Assembly: GCA_965223415.1 (NCBI GenBank)
Contig: OZ245002.1
Coordinates: 2,720,001 to 2,784,000 of the forward strand
Length of the DNA stretch: 64,000 nucleotides
From: Myxococcota bacterium
Lineage (GTDB): Bacteria; Myxococcota_A; UBA9160; UBA6930
Direction: 5' to 3'
The notes under the pieces were generated by a model. It did not search any database, was not told the DNA's origin, and saw only the letters and a list, made by a program, of their open reading frames with translations. The position numbers and the translations under genes were made by a program. Below are positions 9,305 through 19,244 of the stretch, piece after piece; positions within the stretch are counted from its first letter, which is position 1, and each line of letters opens with the position of its first letter.

Positions 9305-9856
9305 ATGGCGCTCGTCCTCTCGCTGGCGTGGGCCTGGCCGGCGGCCGGCGAAGTGTTCGCCTCGAAGCAGGAGGCGCTCGCCTCCGCCTTCCCCGATGCG
9401 GACCGGATCGAGCATCGCTCGGCGGCCCTCGACGACGCCGAGGCCGAACGCGTGCAGAGTGCGGCCCGGGCGCCCCTCGAGAGCCGCCTCGTCACGCTCT
9501 ACACGGCGTGGAAGGACGACCAGCCCGTGGGCTACGCGTTCATCGACGTCCACACGGTACGAACCCTCCCCGAGGCATTCCTCGTCGTCCTGACGCCGGA
9601 GGGTCGGGTTCGCTCGGTTCGCATGCTGGCCTTCTACGAGCCGCCCGAATACCTGCCCTCCGAGCGCTGGCTCGCCCAGTTCGCGTCGGGCGACGCGGAC
9701 GAGATCCACGGCATCGCGGGATCTACCCTCTCCTCCCGGGCGGTTCGCGGCGGCGTGCGCCGATCCCTGGCCCTCTTCGAGCTCCTGGTCGGCCGCGAGC
9801 TGGCCACGGTGGCCGCGGGCAGCGGGGCGACAGCCCCGCCCAGCGGCGGTCGTTAG
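9305..9856 (+). CDS. Exported FMN-binding (flavinylation target) protein
   Basis: Signal peptide; FYEPPEY; GIAGSTLSSRAV resembles the [S/T]GA[S/T] flavinylation motif. Confidence 0.75.
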   Translation: MALVLSLAWAWPAAGEVFASKQEALASAFPDADRIEHRSAALDDAEAERVQSAARAPLESRLVTLYTAWKDDQPVGYAFIDVHTVRTLPEAFLVVLTPEGRVRSVRMLAFYEPPEYLPSERWLAQFASGDADEIHGIAGSTLSSRAVRGGVRRSLALFELLVGRELATVAAGSGATAPPSGGR

Positions 9857-9861
9857 GCGCC

Positions 9862-10365
9862 TTGCGCTTCGTCGTCACCGGCGAATGGAGCCGCAACCGG
9901 CTGCTCCAGACGATCGTCGTGCTCTACGTCGTCTACGTGTTCGGCCTGTGGCTCACGAACTTCGGGCTCTACTTCAACAAGATGGGGCTCACGTACGCCT
10001 CGGTGGTCGAGTACTACCTGGGCTCCGAGGAGCGCTTCCTCCAGCCCCGCAGCTACCAGGGCCTGCTCGAAGTGTCCCACTTCCACTTCTTCGCGATGGG
10101 CATGCTGCTGCTGGTGCTCACCCACTTGATGCTCTTCGTTCCCATCCGGAACAGGACGAAGGCCTGGCTGATCGTGCTGCCCTTCGCCTCGGCCTTCCTC
10201 GAGGAGGGCGCGGGCTGGCTGATCCGCTTCGTCCACCCGGGCTTCGCCTGCCTGAAGATCGGGAGCTTCCTGCTGCTCCAGGGAAGCCTGTTCGCGCTCA
10301 TGGCGATCTCCCTCTGGTCGGTCTTCGCGGCCAGCTCGGCGAGCTATCGCAGCGGCGAGGGCTGA
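9862..10365 (+). CDS. Integral membrane protein with His motifs (possible b-type cytochrome)
   Basis: About 4 TMs; LEVSHFHFFAM...VLTHL; TTG start inferred. Confidence 0.65.
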   Translation: MRFVVTGEWSRNRLLQTIVVLYVVYVFGLWLTNFGLYFNKMGLTYASVVEYYLGSEERFLQPRSYQGLLEVSHFHFFAMGMLLLVLTHLMLFVPIRNRTKAWLIVLPFASAFLEEGAGWLIRFVHPGFACLKIGSFLLLQGSLFALMAISLWSVFAASSASYRSGEG

Positions 10366-10505
10366 CTCCCACGGAGAGCTTCGAGGGGAGATGCCCTAGG
10401 CCCTGGACTCGGCCACCTGGCCAAGGGACGCGCGCACCCGACCTCCGTTCACGGTTCGACGCCAGCCCGAACCCGGCCACCACCCTCAGCGGGTAAGCTG
10501 GCGCC

Positions 10506-11525
10506 ATGTCGATCGGCTCCCGCGCGTCGGTCCTGGGCGTGACGATCGCCCTCGGCCTGGGGTGCGCGCACGCAGCGCCGCGCGCTCCCGTCCGCGTCGC
10601 GGACGGACGCCCGGCGATGGGGACGGTGCTCGAGATCCGTCTCGACGCGCCGGATGCCGCGGCCGGTCGCGCCCTGCTAGATCGGCTGTTCGGTGAAGTG
10701 GCGGCGATCGAAGCCGAGCTCTCGACCTGGGAGCCGGCGAGCGCCGCCAGCCGCCTGAACGACGCGGCCGGGAGCGGCCCGGTCTCCGTGCCGCCGCGGC
10801 TGCACGCGATCCTCGACCTCTCGTTGCGGGCGGCCCGGGAGACCGACGGCGTGTTCGACGTGACCGTCGGCCCGTTGATCGGGCTCTGGCGCCGGGCCGC
10901 GACGCGCGGGGCCCTGCCGGAGCCGGAGGCCATCGCCACCGCGCGCGACCGCGTCGGTGCGGGCGCCGTGGCCCTCACGCCCGGGCAGGCCTCGCTTCCG
11001 GCGGGCGCCGTCGTGTCCTTCGACGGCGTGGTCAAGGGCTGGGCCCTCGACCGACTGGGCGAGCTGCTGGAGGACGCGGCGGTCACGAACGCACTGCTCG
11101 ATTTCGGTGGCAGCAGCTGGCTTGCCCGCGGCGCGCCCGAAGGACGAGAGGGATGGCGGGTGCTGGTCGCGGGCCGGGCCGGGCGCCGGCTCCTGACGGA
11201 GCTGCGCGACGAGAGCCTCTCCGTCTCCGAGAGCCTCGGCCAGGAGACGCAGATCGGCGAGCGCCGTTTCGGCCACGTGATCGACCCCCGCAGCGGGTGG
11301 CCCGTCGAGGTGCGGCGCCTGGCCGCGGTCCGTGCCGAGGGCGGCGCGGAGGCCGAGGTGTGGAGCACCGCGCTACTCGTCCTCGGCCGGGAGGAAGGAC
11401 GCGCGAAGATCGAAGCCCGGCCGGAGCTCGACGCGCTCTGGCTCGAGGCCGACGGGCGCGCCCACCACACCGCGGGCTTCCCGGTCGAGCGCGTCGTGGG
11501 CCTGCACGACGGCGCTGCACCTTGA
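10506..11525 (+). CDS. apbE: FAD:protein FMN transferase
   Basis: AMGT, FDVTVGPL..LW, DGVVKGWALD, GHVIDPRSG, WSTALLV. Confidence 0.88.
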   Translation: MSIGSRASVLGVTIALGLGCAHAAPRAPVRVADGRPAMGTVLEIRLDAPDAAAGRALLDRLFGEVAAIEAELSTWEPASAASRLNDAAGSGPVSVPPRLHAILDLSLRAARETDGVFDVTVGPLIGLWRRAATRGALPEPEAIATARDRVGAGAVALTPGQASLPAGAVVSFDGVVKGWALDRLGELLEDAAVTNALLDFGGSSWLARGAPEGREGWRVLVAGRAGRRLLTELRDESLSVSESLGQETQIGERRFGHVIDPRSGWPVEVRRLAAVRAEGGAEAEVWSTALLVLGREEGRAKIEARPELDALWLEADGRAHHTAGFPVERVVGLHDGAAP

Positions 11526-11554
11526 GCCCGGCCGTCGGCCCCTGGACGCGCGCC

Positions 11555-12049
11555 ATGGACGGGCTGCATCGGGCGGGCCTGCGGATCGCGTGGCTGGGCC
11601 TGCGGGTCCTCTTCGTCGTCGCGCGGCCGACGGTCCGCGCTTCCGTCGTGCTGGTGCGTGTCGAAGGCCGGGTGCTGCTGCTCGACAATTCCTACCGGGC
11701 CGAGCCGAGCTTCCCAGGCGGCCTGCTGCGCTGGCGCGAGGATCCACGGGAAGGCGCCCGTCGGGAGCTGGAAGAGGAGGTCGGGCTCCGGGTGGCCGCG
11801 GGGGAGCTGCGCTTCCTCGAGGTGCTCCCCCAGGAGAAGTGGCGCGCGGTGATCCGGCTGCACGTCTACGACCTCGAGCTCGAACGCGAGCCGGAGGTGC
11901 GCATCGACCGGCGCGAGGTGGTTCACGCCGCCTTTCGCACGCCGGAGGAGATCGCGGCGGCGCTCCCAGAGTTTACCGAGCTGATGGCACGGGTCGCTGA
12001 CGCTGCCTCGGATCGCGTGGTAGGGTTCGCCGCGGAGGACCCCTCATGA
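11555..12049 (+). CDS. NUDIX hydrolase
   Basis: Nudix box PGG...EDPREGARRELEEEVGL. Confidence 0.85.
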   Translation: MDGLHRAGLRIAWLGLRVLFVVARPTVRASVVLVRVEGRVLLLDNSYRAEPSFPGGLLRWREDPREGARRELEEEVGLRVAAGELRFLEVLPQEKWRAVIRLHVYDLELEREPEVRIDRREVVHAAFRTPEEIAAALPEFTELMARVADAASDRVVGFAAEDPS

Positions 12050-12136
12050 CTTCCGTCTCCGGGTTCGCCGCGGAGGACCCCTCATGACTTCCGTCTCCGG
12101 GTTCGCCGCGGAGGACCCCTCATGACTTCCGTCTCC
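12023..12136 (+). repeat. Three perfect tandem copies of a 38-bp unit GGGTTCGCCGCGGAGGACCCCTCATGACTTCCGTCTCC
   Basis: Copies at 12023, 12061 and 12099. Confidence 0.97.
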
Positions 12137-12571
12137 GACGCCGATCGCGCTGCCTTCTTCGCGGACGTGGACGCCGCCTGCCGCAAGGCCGTGTGGAGCG
12201 CCGTCGCCACCGTCGCCGGGGACGGGCCGCGGGTGCGGCTCGTCCATCCCACGTGGGAGGGCGACACGCTCTGGTTCGCCACCTCGCCCACGTCGCCGAA
12301 GGCGGCGCAGATCCGCGCCAACCCGAACGTCGACGTGCAGTACCAGGTGGCGCCGCCGGACTTCGTTCACGTGCTGGTACGCGGCCGCGCCGAGATCCTG
12401 GACGACGAGGCGACGAAGAAGCATGTGTGGGAGGTGCTCGACTACGACCTCTCCGACTTCTGGCCCGAGGGCCCCAGCGATCCGGGCTACTGCGCGGTGC
12501 GCATCGCGCCCAGCCGCGTCGAGCTGTCGAAGATGTTCGGCAGCCAGGACAAGCGCGTCTGGCGGGCGTAG
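12122..12571 (+). CDS. Pyridoxamine 5'-phosphate oxidase-like FMN-binding protein
   Basis: PRVRLV, LWFATSPTSPKAAQIRANPNV. Confidence 0.85.
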   Translation: MTSVSDADRAAFFADVDAACRKAVWSAVATVAGDGPRVRLVHPTWEGDTLWFATSPTSPKAAQIRANPNVDVQYQVAPPDFVHVLVRGRAEILDDEATKKHVWEVLDYDLSDFWPEGPSDPGYCAVRIAPSRVELSKMFGSQDKRVWRA

Positions 12572-12591
12572 CCGCCCGGCCAAGAGCTCCC

Positions 12592-13605
12592 GTGCGTGGC
12601 AATCGGGACGAGGTCGCGGCCTCCGTGATGGCGGAGCGCGTGGCCGGCACGCCGCTCTCGGGAACGCTGCTCAGCGCCCTCGACGAGACCGGACGGGTAG
12701 AGGAGGCGGCCCGGGAAGCCGGGCTCGGCTGCGTCTCGTGGTGCCGCAGCCGTGGGCCCTGGCCGGAGGCGAACGGCGCGGACGCCGTCTCCCTGCGCTT
12801 GCCCAAGGGACGCGAGGCGCTGGTGATGTGTCTGCACGCCGTGCTGGCCCGCGCCGCCCCGGGCGCGCCGGTGTTCGTGTTCGGCGCCAACGACGAGGGC
12901 ATCCGGTCCGTTGACAAGCTGCTCGCGCCCTGGCTCGACGATCTTCGGGCGGTGGAGGCCAAGCGACACTGTCGCGTGTGGGGCGGGAGGCTGGCCGGCT
13001 CCGCCGGGCCGTTCCGCGGGGCGCTCGCAGACTGGGAGGAGCCGCTGGAGCTGGAGGCGCCGGGGGGGCCGCTGCGGCTGGTCTCGCTTCCTGGCCTGTT
13101 CGCCCACGGGCGGCTGGACCCGGGAACCGGGCTCCTGCTCGAGGTGCTCGAGGCGCTACCCCGGCCGAAGGCGGCTGCCCGGATCCTCGACTTCGGCTGC
13201 GGCGCCGGCACGATCGGGCTGGCGCTCCTCCGCAGGAGCCCGGGCGCGGAGGTCCACGGCGTGGATCGCGATGCGCTCGCCATCCATGCAGCCCGCCGGA
13301 ACCTGCCGAACGCCCACCTCCACCTGGGCGACGGCTGGGGCGCCGTCCCGGCGGAGCTGCGCTTCGACCTCGTCGCCAGCAACCCGCCCCTCCACACCGG
13401 CAAGGACCAGGACCTGGGCGGCCTCGCCGCGCTGGTCGACGGATGCCGCCGGCGCCTGACCCGCCGCGGTCGCCTCCTGCTGGTGACCCAACGCCCTCTC
13501 CCGATGGGCCCCCTCCTCGCCGAGCACTTCTCCCGCGTCGACATCTCCCGGGAGACCCGCAGCTTTCGGGTCTGGACCGCCACGCAGCAGAGGGGACGTT
13601 CCTGA
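12592..13605 (+). CDS. RsmC-like class I SAM methyltransferase
   Basis: PGLFAHGRLDPGT, ILDFGCGAG, SNPPLH; start uncertain. Confidence 0.8.
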   Translation: MRGNRDEVAASVMAERVAGTPLSGTLLSALDETGRVEEAAREAGLGCVSWCRSRGPWPEANGADAVSLRLPKGREALVMCLHAVLARAAPGAPVFVFGANDEGIRSVDKLLAPWLDDLRAVEAKRHCRVWGGRLAGSAGPFRGALADWEEPLELEAPGGPLRLVSLPGLFAHGRLDPGTGLLLEVLEALPRPKAAARILDFGCGAGTIGLALLRRSPGAEVHGVDRDALAIHAARRNLPNAHLHLGDGWGAVPAELRFDLVASNPPLHTGKDQDLGGLAALVDGCRRRLTRRGRLLLVTQRPLPMGPLLAEHFSRVDISRETRSFRVWTATQQRGRS

Positions 13606-13647
13606 ACGCGACCCCGTGTTGCGTCGGGGACGTCCCCGGTGTTGCGT

Positions 13648-15132
13648 TCAGCGGACGGGGACGAAGCGGTCGCTGGCGAGCTGGCGTAGGCGGGTCAGGT
13701 CTTCGCGGCGGGAGCGGGAGAGGGGGACCGTCTCGGCGAGTTCCTGGAGGATCATGGCGTCCTCGAGGGGGCGCTGCTCGTGGAGGGAGCGGTAGAGGGC
13801 GGAGATCACGGCCTGCTCGATCTCGGCGCCGGAGAAGCCGTCGCTCGCCGCCACCTGAGCGGCGAGGTCGAAGCAGGCGGGCTCCTGCTTGCGGTGGCGC
13901 AGGTGGATCGAGAAGATCGTCTCGCGCTCGTCGGGCGCGGGCAGGTCGACGAAGAAGATCTCGTCGAAGCGGCCCTTGCGCAGGAGCTCCGGCGGAAGGC
14001 GGAAGACGTCGTTGGCGGTGGCGATCAGGAAGACCGGCTTCGTCTTCTCCTGGAGCCAGGTGAGCAGGCTCGCGAAGATGCGTTGGCTGACGCCACCGTC
14101 GTTGTCGCCCGCCTGGGCGAAGCCCTTCTCGATCTCGTCGATCCACAGCACGCAGGGCGACATGGACTCGGCCATGTCGATGGCCCGCCGCAGGTTCTTC
14201 TCGCTCTCGCCGATGTATTTGTCGTAGAGCCGGCCGGCATCGAGCTTGAGCAGCGGCATCGACCACTCCCGCGCGATGCACTTCGCGGCCAGTGACTTGC
14301 CGCAGCCCTGCACGCCGACCAGCAGGATGCCGCTCGGCGGGTCGAGGTTCAGCGCCTTGGCCTGCTCGCTGAAGCCGAGCTGGGCGCGATGGAGCCAGCT
14401 GCGCAGACGTCCGAAGCCGCCGAGCTCGTAGGGATTGTCCTCGGCGGGGAAATACTCGAGCAGGCCGTCCCGGCCGATCTCCTCGGCCTTGCGCTCCTGG
14501 AGCGAGGCGACGTCGGCGGCGCTGAGCCGGCCATCCTGGAGCACGACGCCGGCGACCGCCTGCCGCGCCTGGTTGGCGGTCATGCCGGTGAGGGCATCGA
14601 GCAGGCGCTCGAAGTCCCGGGGAGTGAGGTCGACCTGGGGACGCGTGCGCGAGCGCAGGGAAGAGAGCACGGAAGAGACGACGCTCCGCAGCTCGTCCTT
14701 GCTAGGTAGTGCTACCTCGTAGTGAACGACGTGGTGATCGGCGTCCTTCGGGAACTCGTGGCCGGCGCCGGTGAGCACCAGCGTCGAGTGCGTGTGGGCG
14801 AATTGGCGGGCGAGATCGCGGAAGGCCCGGCACACGGTCGGGTCTTCGAGGTGCCGCGCGAAGTCCTTCAGCAGGAAGATCGCCTCGAGGCGCAGTGTGC
14901 GGATGTGGCCCAGCACCTCGAGGGCGCCGCAGGTCGCGCGGTTTGCCTGGCCGTCGGGCTTGCGCACGAGCCCTCGCGTGACCGTCCACTCGAAGACCGG
15001 CAGCCCCACTTCGCCGGCTACTGCGTCGATCAGGGCCTCCGCCCGCTCCTCCTCCACCGTGTCGATGGCGATCGCCGGATGGAAGGAGAGAACCAGGGTC
15101 TTGACGTCGTGAATCGAGGTCTGGAGCGCCAC
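13648..15132 (-). CDS. Ycf46-like AAA+ ATPase
   Basis: Walker A GVQGCGKS, Walker B VLWIDEIEK, LPPELLRKGRFDEIFFVDLP. Confidence 0.88.
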   Translation of the reverse strand: MALQTSIHDVKTLVLSFHPAIAIDTVEEERAEALIDAVAGEVGLPVFEWTVTRGLVRKPDGQANRATCGALEVLGHIRTLRLEAIFLLKDFARHLEDPTVCRAFRDLARQFAHTHSTLVLTGAGHEFPKDADHHVVHYEVALPSKDELRSVVSSVLSSLRSRTRPQVDLTPRDFERLLDALTGMTANQARQAVAGVVLQDGRLSAADVASLQERKAEEIGRDGLLEYFPAEDNPYELGGFGRLRSWLHRAQLGFSEQAKALNLDPPSGILLVGVQGCGKSLAAKCIAREWSMPLLKLDAGRLYDKYIGESEKNLRRAIDMAESMSPCVLWIDEIEKGFAQAGDNDGGVSQRIFASLLTWLQEKTKPVFLIATANDVFRLPPELLRKGRFDEIFFVDLPAPDERETIFSIHLRHRKQEPACFDLAAQVAASDGFSGAEIEQAVISALYRSLHEQRPLEDAMILQELAETVPLSRSRREDLTRLRQLASDRFVPVR

Positions 15133-15172
15133 GCCCGACTCATCGAACACCCGTCCGCGGGCCTTGAACGGA

Positions 15173-15249
15173 AGAAACGGGGCCAGAGTTGAGAATTCAG
15201 TTACCCCCCTCCAGGGGGTAACTGAATTCTCAACTCTGGCCCCGTTTCT
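15173..15249. repeat. Long inverted repeat (36-bp arms, 5-nt loop), REP-like, copy 1
   Basis: AGAAACGGGGCCAGAGTTGAGAATTCAGTTACCCCC-ctcca-reverse complement. Confidence 0.9.
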
Positions 15250-16763
15250 CAATCTTCGATTCGGGCTTGGGTGATGCGTTGGAGGCGGGTTTCGTCTCGG
15301 CGGAGCTGGATGGTGCGGCCGCGGTGGACGTAGACGAGGCCGGGCTTGGCGCCTTTCGGCTTCGAGATGTCCTTGCACTCGGCGACGTGAACGGGCGCGC
15401 GGGTGGCGTTCTTCTGCTTGGAGAACTGGACGGCGAGCTCGGCGGCCTCGAGGAGGGCCTCCTGGGGCGGCTCGCCCTTCTCGACGCGCAGGATGACGTG
15501 GCTTCCCGGCGAGCCTTCGAGGTGGAAGAAGAGGTCCCGGCCGCGGGCCAGGCGGGTGGTGAGGACGTCGTTGCCCTCGTCGTTCTTGCCGACCCAGATC
15601 TCGAGGCCGCCGGTCGCCCGGTAGCGCTTGGGGACGAGACGCGTCGGCAGCTCGCGCTTGCCGATCTTCCAGACCTTCCGGGGCTTCGCCGGCTCGGCGC
15701 CCGGCGTGCGGGCCTTCGGCAGGTAGCGGTCGAGCAGCCGCGCCACGTCCGGGCCCTCGGCCAGGGCCCGGAGGGCCTCCTCGTCGTCGTCGGCCAAGGC
15801 GTCGAGCTCGGCCTGGAGCGCCTCCAGGTCGCGGCGACGGGCGTCGAGCGCCTCCAGGTCCTGGGCCGCGCGCACGCCCTTCTTCATGGCCTTGCGGGCG
15901 CGGCGGAAGAGCTGCTCCATGTTGCCGGCGCCGTCGAGCTTCGGGTCGAGGGGGATCGTCACGTTTTCCCCGGTCTCGAAGTCCCGCACCTCCACCTCGC
16001 TGGCCCGCTTGCCGACCTGCCTCAGGTTGCCCTTCAGGAGCTCGCCCCAACGCTCGAGGTGCGGCGCCTCCTCCCCGGCCGCCGCGTCCCGCTGGAGCCC
16101 GCGGGCCTTGCGGTCGAGGGCGGCGCGCTGCTTCTTGAGCGCCTGGGCGAGCTGGTGACGGAGGCGGTCCTCCCGCTCGCGATCCTCCTGGGCCGCGTAC
16201 TCAGCCTCGATCGCCGCGAGCAGCTGCGCGTCGTCGGCGGCAGCGAAGCGGTCCTCGCGTTGGCTCGCGGGTGCCCCTTCGGGATCGCGCCACGGCTCGC
16301 CGAGCGCGAGATCCCGCCGGGTCTCGGCCAGCGGGCGCGCGGCCCGGGCCAGCACCTCGCCACGCTCCAGCACGTAGAGGTTGCTGCGCGGCCCCATCAA
16401 CGAGAGGAGCAGCTCGGTCCGCGTGCCGTCCCGCGCCTCGAAGCGCAGGGCGAGCTGGCGATCGGCGCCGCGCAGCGCCGCCTCCCGCAGCCGCGCGCCC
16501 TCGAGCCGCGGCTTCGCGTACTGGGCGAGAGCGGGCGGCTTTTTCGGGGCGGGCCGGGGCTTCGCCAGCGCGGCCACGCGACCGAACTTCGGCCGCCAAG
16601 AGAGCAGCAGGTGGAGCTTCTCCTTCGGCTCACGGGTCTCGCCGCCGGAGAGGTGCAGCACCAGCTCGAAGGGCCCGGACTCCACCACCCGATCGAGGCG
16701 CGCACCGCGCCACTCCGCGTCCAGTACGCGCCCCGCGCGCGAAAGCTCTGCCAAGCTCAGCAT
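15249..16763 (-). CDS. NFACT/RqcH (Rqc2) family protein
   Basis: LMGPRSNLY, TIPLDP, IWVGKNDEGND, FFHLEGSPGSHVIL, KPKGAKPGLV. Confidence 0.88.
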   Translation of the reverse strand: MLSLAELSRAGRVLDAEWRGARLDRVVESGPFELVLHLSGGETREPKEKLHLLLSWRPKFGRVAALAKPRPAPKKPPALAQYAKPRLEGARLREAALRGADRQLALRFEARDGTRTELLLSLMGPRSNLYVLERGEVLARAARPLAETRRDLALGEPWRDPEGAPASQREDRFAAADDAQLLAAIEAEYAAQEDREREDRLRHQLAQALKKQRAALDRKARGLQRDAAAGEEAPHLERWGELLKGNLRQVGKRASEVEVRDFETGENVTIPLDPKLDGAGNMEQLFRRARKAMKKGVRAAQDLEALDARRRDLEALQAELDALADDDEEALRALAEGPDVARLLDRYLPKARTPGAEPAKPRKVWKIGKRELPTRLVPKRYRATGGLEIWVGKNDEGNDVLTTRLARGRDLFFHLEGSPGSHVILRVEKGEPPQEALLEAAELAVQFSKQKNATRAPVHVAECKDISKPKGAKPGLVYVHRGRTIQLRRDETRLQRITQARIED

Positions 16764-16802
16764 TCCCTCACCCCGGACGCTTCTTCGGCGGGCTCAATTC
16801 CC

Positions 16803-17678
16803 TCATCTCTGACAGCGGGAACAGTAGTGGGAGCTGCGCTGGCCGAGCACCTTGCGACGGATCGGGGCGCCGCAGACCGGGCACGGCTCGCCACTCCGGC
16901 CGTAGACCCGGCGCTCGTCCTGATAGCCGCCGTCGCTCCCGTCCGGCGCGACGTAGTCGCTGATGCTCGAGCCCCCGGTCTCGATCGAGCGACGCATCAC
17001 CTGCCGCAGGCCGGCGGCCAGGCCGTCGCACTCGGCGCGGGTCACCCGGCCCGCTCGCCGCCCGGGCCGCACGCCGGCCAGGAACAGGGCCTCGTCGGTG
17101 TAGATGTTCCCGCTCCCGGCGATCACCCCCTGGTCGAGCAGCAGGCTCTTGATCGCCACCTTGCGCTTGCGACTGGCCCGGAAGATCTCCTCGCCGGTGA
17201 TCTCGAGCGCGTCGGTGCCGAGCTTGTCGAGCCGCTCGGAAGGCTCCCCGGCGCCGAGCAGCTGCACCTTGCCGAACTTGCGCACGTCCCGGAAGAGCAC
17301 GTCCGGCCCGCCGTCGTCGAAGCGCAGCTGGAGATGGGTGTGCTGGTCGGGCTCGAAGGCCGGCTGCTGCTCCGGAGCCAGGGAGGCCCGGGCCGTGGCC
17401 GAGAGCAGGCGGAGGCTCTTCGCCCCGGCGGCGAAGAGCTGGCCGGTCATGCCGAGATGCAGCAGCAGGCGCCGCCCGTCGCCCACCTCGGCGACCAGGT
17501 ACTTGCCCCTCCGGGTGAGACCGGCGACCCGCTGCCCGCGCAGGCGGCGGCGCAGGGTCGCCGGCGGCGTCAGGAAGAAGTAGCTGTCGCCGGTCGTGCG
17601 AACCTCTCGAAGGGTACGGCCGACCATCACCGGTGCGATCCGCCGCCGCGTCACCTCGACCTCGGGAAGCTCGGGCAT
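16803..17678 (-). CDS. mutM: Formamidopyrimidine-DNA glycosylase
   Basis: MPELPEVE, RRGKYL, HLGMTG, GNIYTDE, C-terminal C4 zinc finger. Confidence 0.95.
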   Translation of the reverse strand: MPELPEVEVTRRRIAPVMVGRTLREVRTTGDSYFFLTPPATLRRRLRGQRVAGLTRRGKYLVAEVGDGRRLLLHLGMTGQLFAAGAKSLRLLSATARASLAPEQQPAFEPDQHTHLQLRFDDGGPDVLFRDVRKFGKVQLLGAGEPSERLDKLGTDALEITGEEIFRASRKRKVAIKSLLLDQGVIAGSGNIYTDEALFLAGVRPGRRAGRVTRAECDGLAAGLRQVMRRSIETGGSSISDYVAPDGSDGGYQDERRVYGRSGEPCPVCGAPIRRKVLGQRSSHYCSRCQR

Positions 17679-17680
17679 GG

Positions 17681-18118
17681 CTAGGGGTCGAAGCGGGCTC
17701 GCAGCTCCGGCGCGACCACCGGGCAGGCGTCCTGGGGCGGGGCCCACAGCCGTCGGCGGACGACCGCGACGCCGTCGTAGAGCAGATCCCGCAGCGGCCG
17801 GGGCAATGCGCGAAGCAGCCGAGCCCGGCGCGTGTGGCGCCCGCCCAGCGCGTCGAGCAGCCGGATCACCGCGTCGGAGCGGGTGGCGAGCCGGCCGTCG
17901 GGCTCGAGCACGGCCACGCTGTCCGGGAGGCCGCGCCGGGTCGCCTCGTCGATGCGGGAGAGGAAGGTCTCGCCGCCAATCGGGGCGAAGCGGAACAATC
18001 GCCCCTCCGGATCCTCGTCGATCAGGAAGCGGACGGTGCGGTGGCACATCCCGCAGGAGCCGTCGTAGAACACGACGGGCAGAGCGCCCTGCGCGGGCAC
18101 GGCGCTCGCGGCGCTCAC
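17681..18118 (-). CDS. DCC1-like thiol-disulfide oxidoreductase (DUF393)
   Basis: VVFYDGSCGMC. Confidence 0.85.
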   Translation of the reverse strand: MSAASAVPAQGALPVVFYDGSCGMCHRTVRFLIDEDPEGRLFRFAPIGGETFLSRIDEATRRGLPDSVAVLEPDGRLATRSDAVIRLLDALGGRHTRRARLLRALPRPLRDLLYDGVAVVRRRLWAPPQDACPVVAPELRARFDP

Positions 18119-19152
18119 AGCCCGCCGCTCCGCCATGGCTCGACCAGGATCTTGGCGTGGGCGTCGGGCTCGCCGAGGACCTCGAAGGCCCCCGCCACGC
18201 CGTCGACACCGACCCGGCCGCTGATCAGCGGCCCGCCGTCGATGCTTCCGTCCGTGAGGGCGCCCAGGGTCTCCGCGAACTCCTCCGGCGAGTAGCCGAG
18301 CACGAACTGGAAGGCGAGCTCCTTCGCGATGGCGTGGAGCGGCTGGATCCGATCCTCCTCCATGCACACGCCCACCACCACGACCCGCGTGTCCCGGGGT
18401 GCCTGGGCGATCACGTCCTGGAGCATGCCCGGAACGCCGACGCACTCGAAGACGAGGGGCGTCTTCAGCCCGGCCTCCTTGGCGAAGCGCTCCATGGCCG
18501 GCTCTTCCGCCGGGTCCAGGACGACGTGGGCGCCGAGGGCGCGCGCCAGATCCCGGCGGGTCTTGCTGAAGTCGCTGGCCACGATCGGCTCCGCGCCCTG
18601 CAGGCGCAGGGCCGCGATCACCGCCAGGCCCACCGGGCCGCAGCCGAGCACGAGCGGCGCCTCGCTCGGCTGGAGCTGGCCCTTGCGCACAGCGTGGAGC
18701 CCGACGGCCATGGGCTCGGTGAGGGCCGCCGCCCCGGTCGGCAGATCGTCGGAGACGCGCAGCAGCATGGGCTCGGACAGCAGCATCAGCTCGGCGTAGC
18801 CACCCGGGAAGTCGGGCGAGTAGCCGACGCCGGCGATCCCGCCGGCGTGGATCAGCATGGGCATCGAGCAGACCCGGTCGCCGACCCGGAGCTTGCGCTC
18901 GGTGCCCGGGCCGAAGTCCACGACCTCGGCACAGAACTCGTGACCCATCACCAGGTCCGCGTCCGGGGCATAGCTGCCCTGGCCGAGGGCGGCGCTGAGG
19001 TCGGCCATCTGACCGGCGTTCTTGAGATAGTGGAGGTCCGATCCGCAGATGCCGCAGGCCAGGGTCTTGACGAGCACCTGACCCTCAGCGGGTGTGGGAT
19101 CGGGCAGCTCGTCGGTGACCAGCTGCCGGTCTCGAAGAACGGCTGCGCGCAT
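18115..19152 (-). CDS. Zinc-binding dehydrogenase (MDR family)
   Basis: CGICGSDLH, MGHEF, LGCGPVG. Confidence 0.9.
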   Translation of the reverse strand: MRAAVLRDRQLVTDELPDPTPAEGQVLVKTLACGICGSDLHYLKNAGQMADLSAALGQGSYAPDADLVMGHEFCAEVVDFGPGTERKLRVGDRVCSMPMLIHAGGIAGVGYSPDFPGGYAELMLLSEPMLLRVSDDLPTGAAALTEPMAVGLHAVRKGQLQPSEAPLVLGCGPVGLAVIAALRLQGAEPIVASDFSKTRRDLARALGAHVVLDPAEEPAMERFAKEAGLKTPLVFECVGVPGMLQDVIAQAPRDTRVVVVGVCMEEDRIQPLHAIAKELAFQFVLGYSPEEFAETLGALTDGSIDGGPLISGRVGVDGVAGAFEVLGEPDAHAKILVEPWRSGGL

Positions 19153-19244
19153 CGGGGACTCCTCGGCCAAGAGGGTAGCAGTGCGGGGTTTGCGGACGGG
19201 TCCAGGGATGGGATGCTCCCGGGATCCCCATCCAGGAGTGCCGC

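Noticed and set aside
12023..12136. CRISPR array
   Set aside because: The repeats are directly adjacent with no spacers, and no cas genes are present.
13588..13651. Third copy of the long palindrome family
   Set aside because: An imperfect hairpin between convergent genes that lacks the CCAGAGTTGAGAATTC core. Likely a terminator-like or unrelated element.
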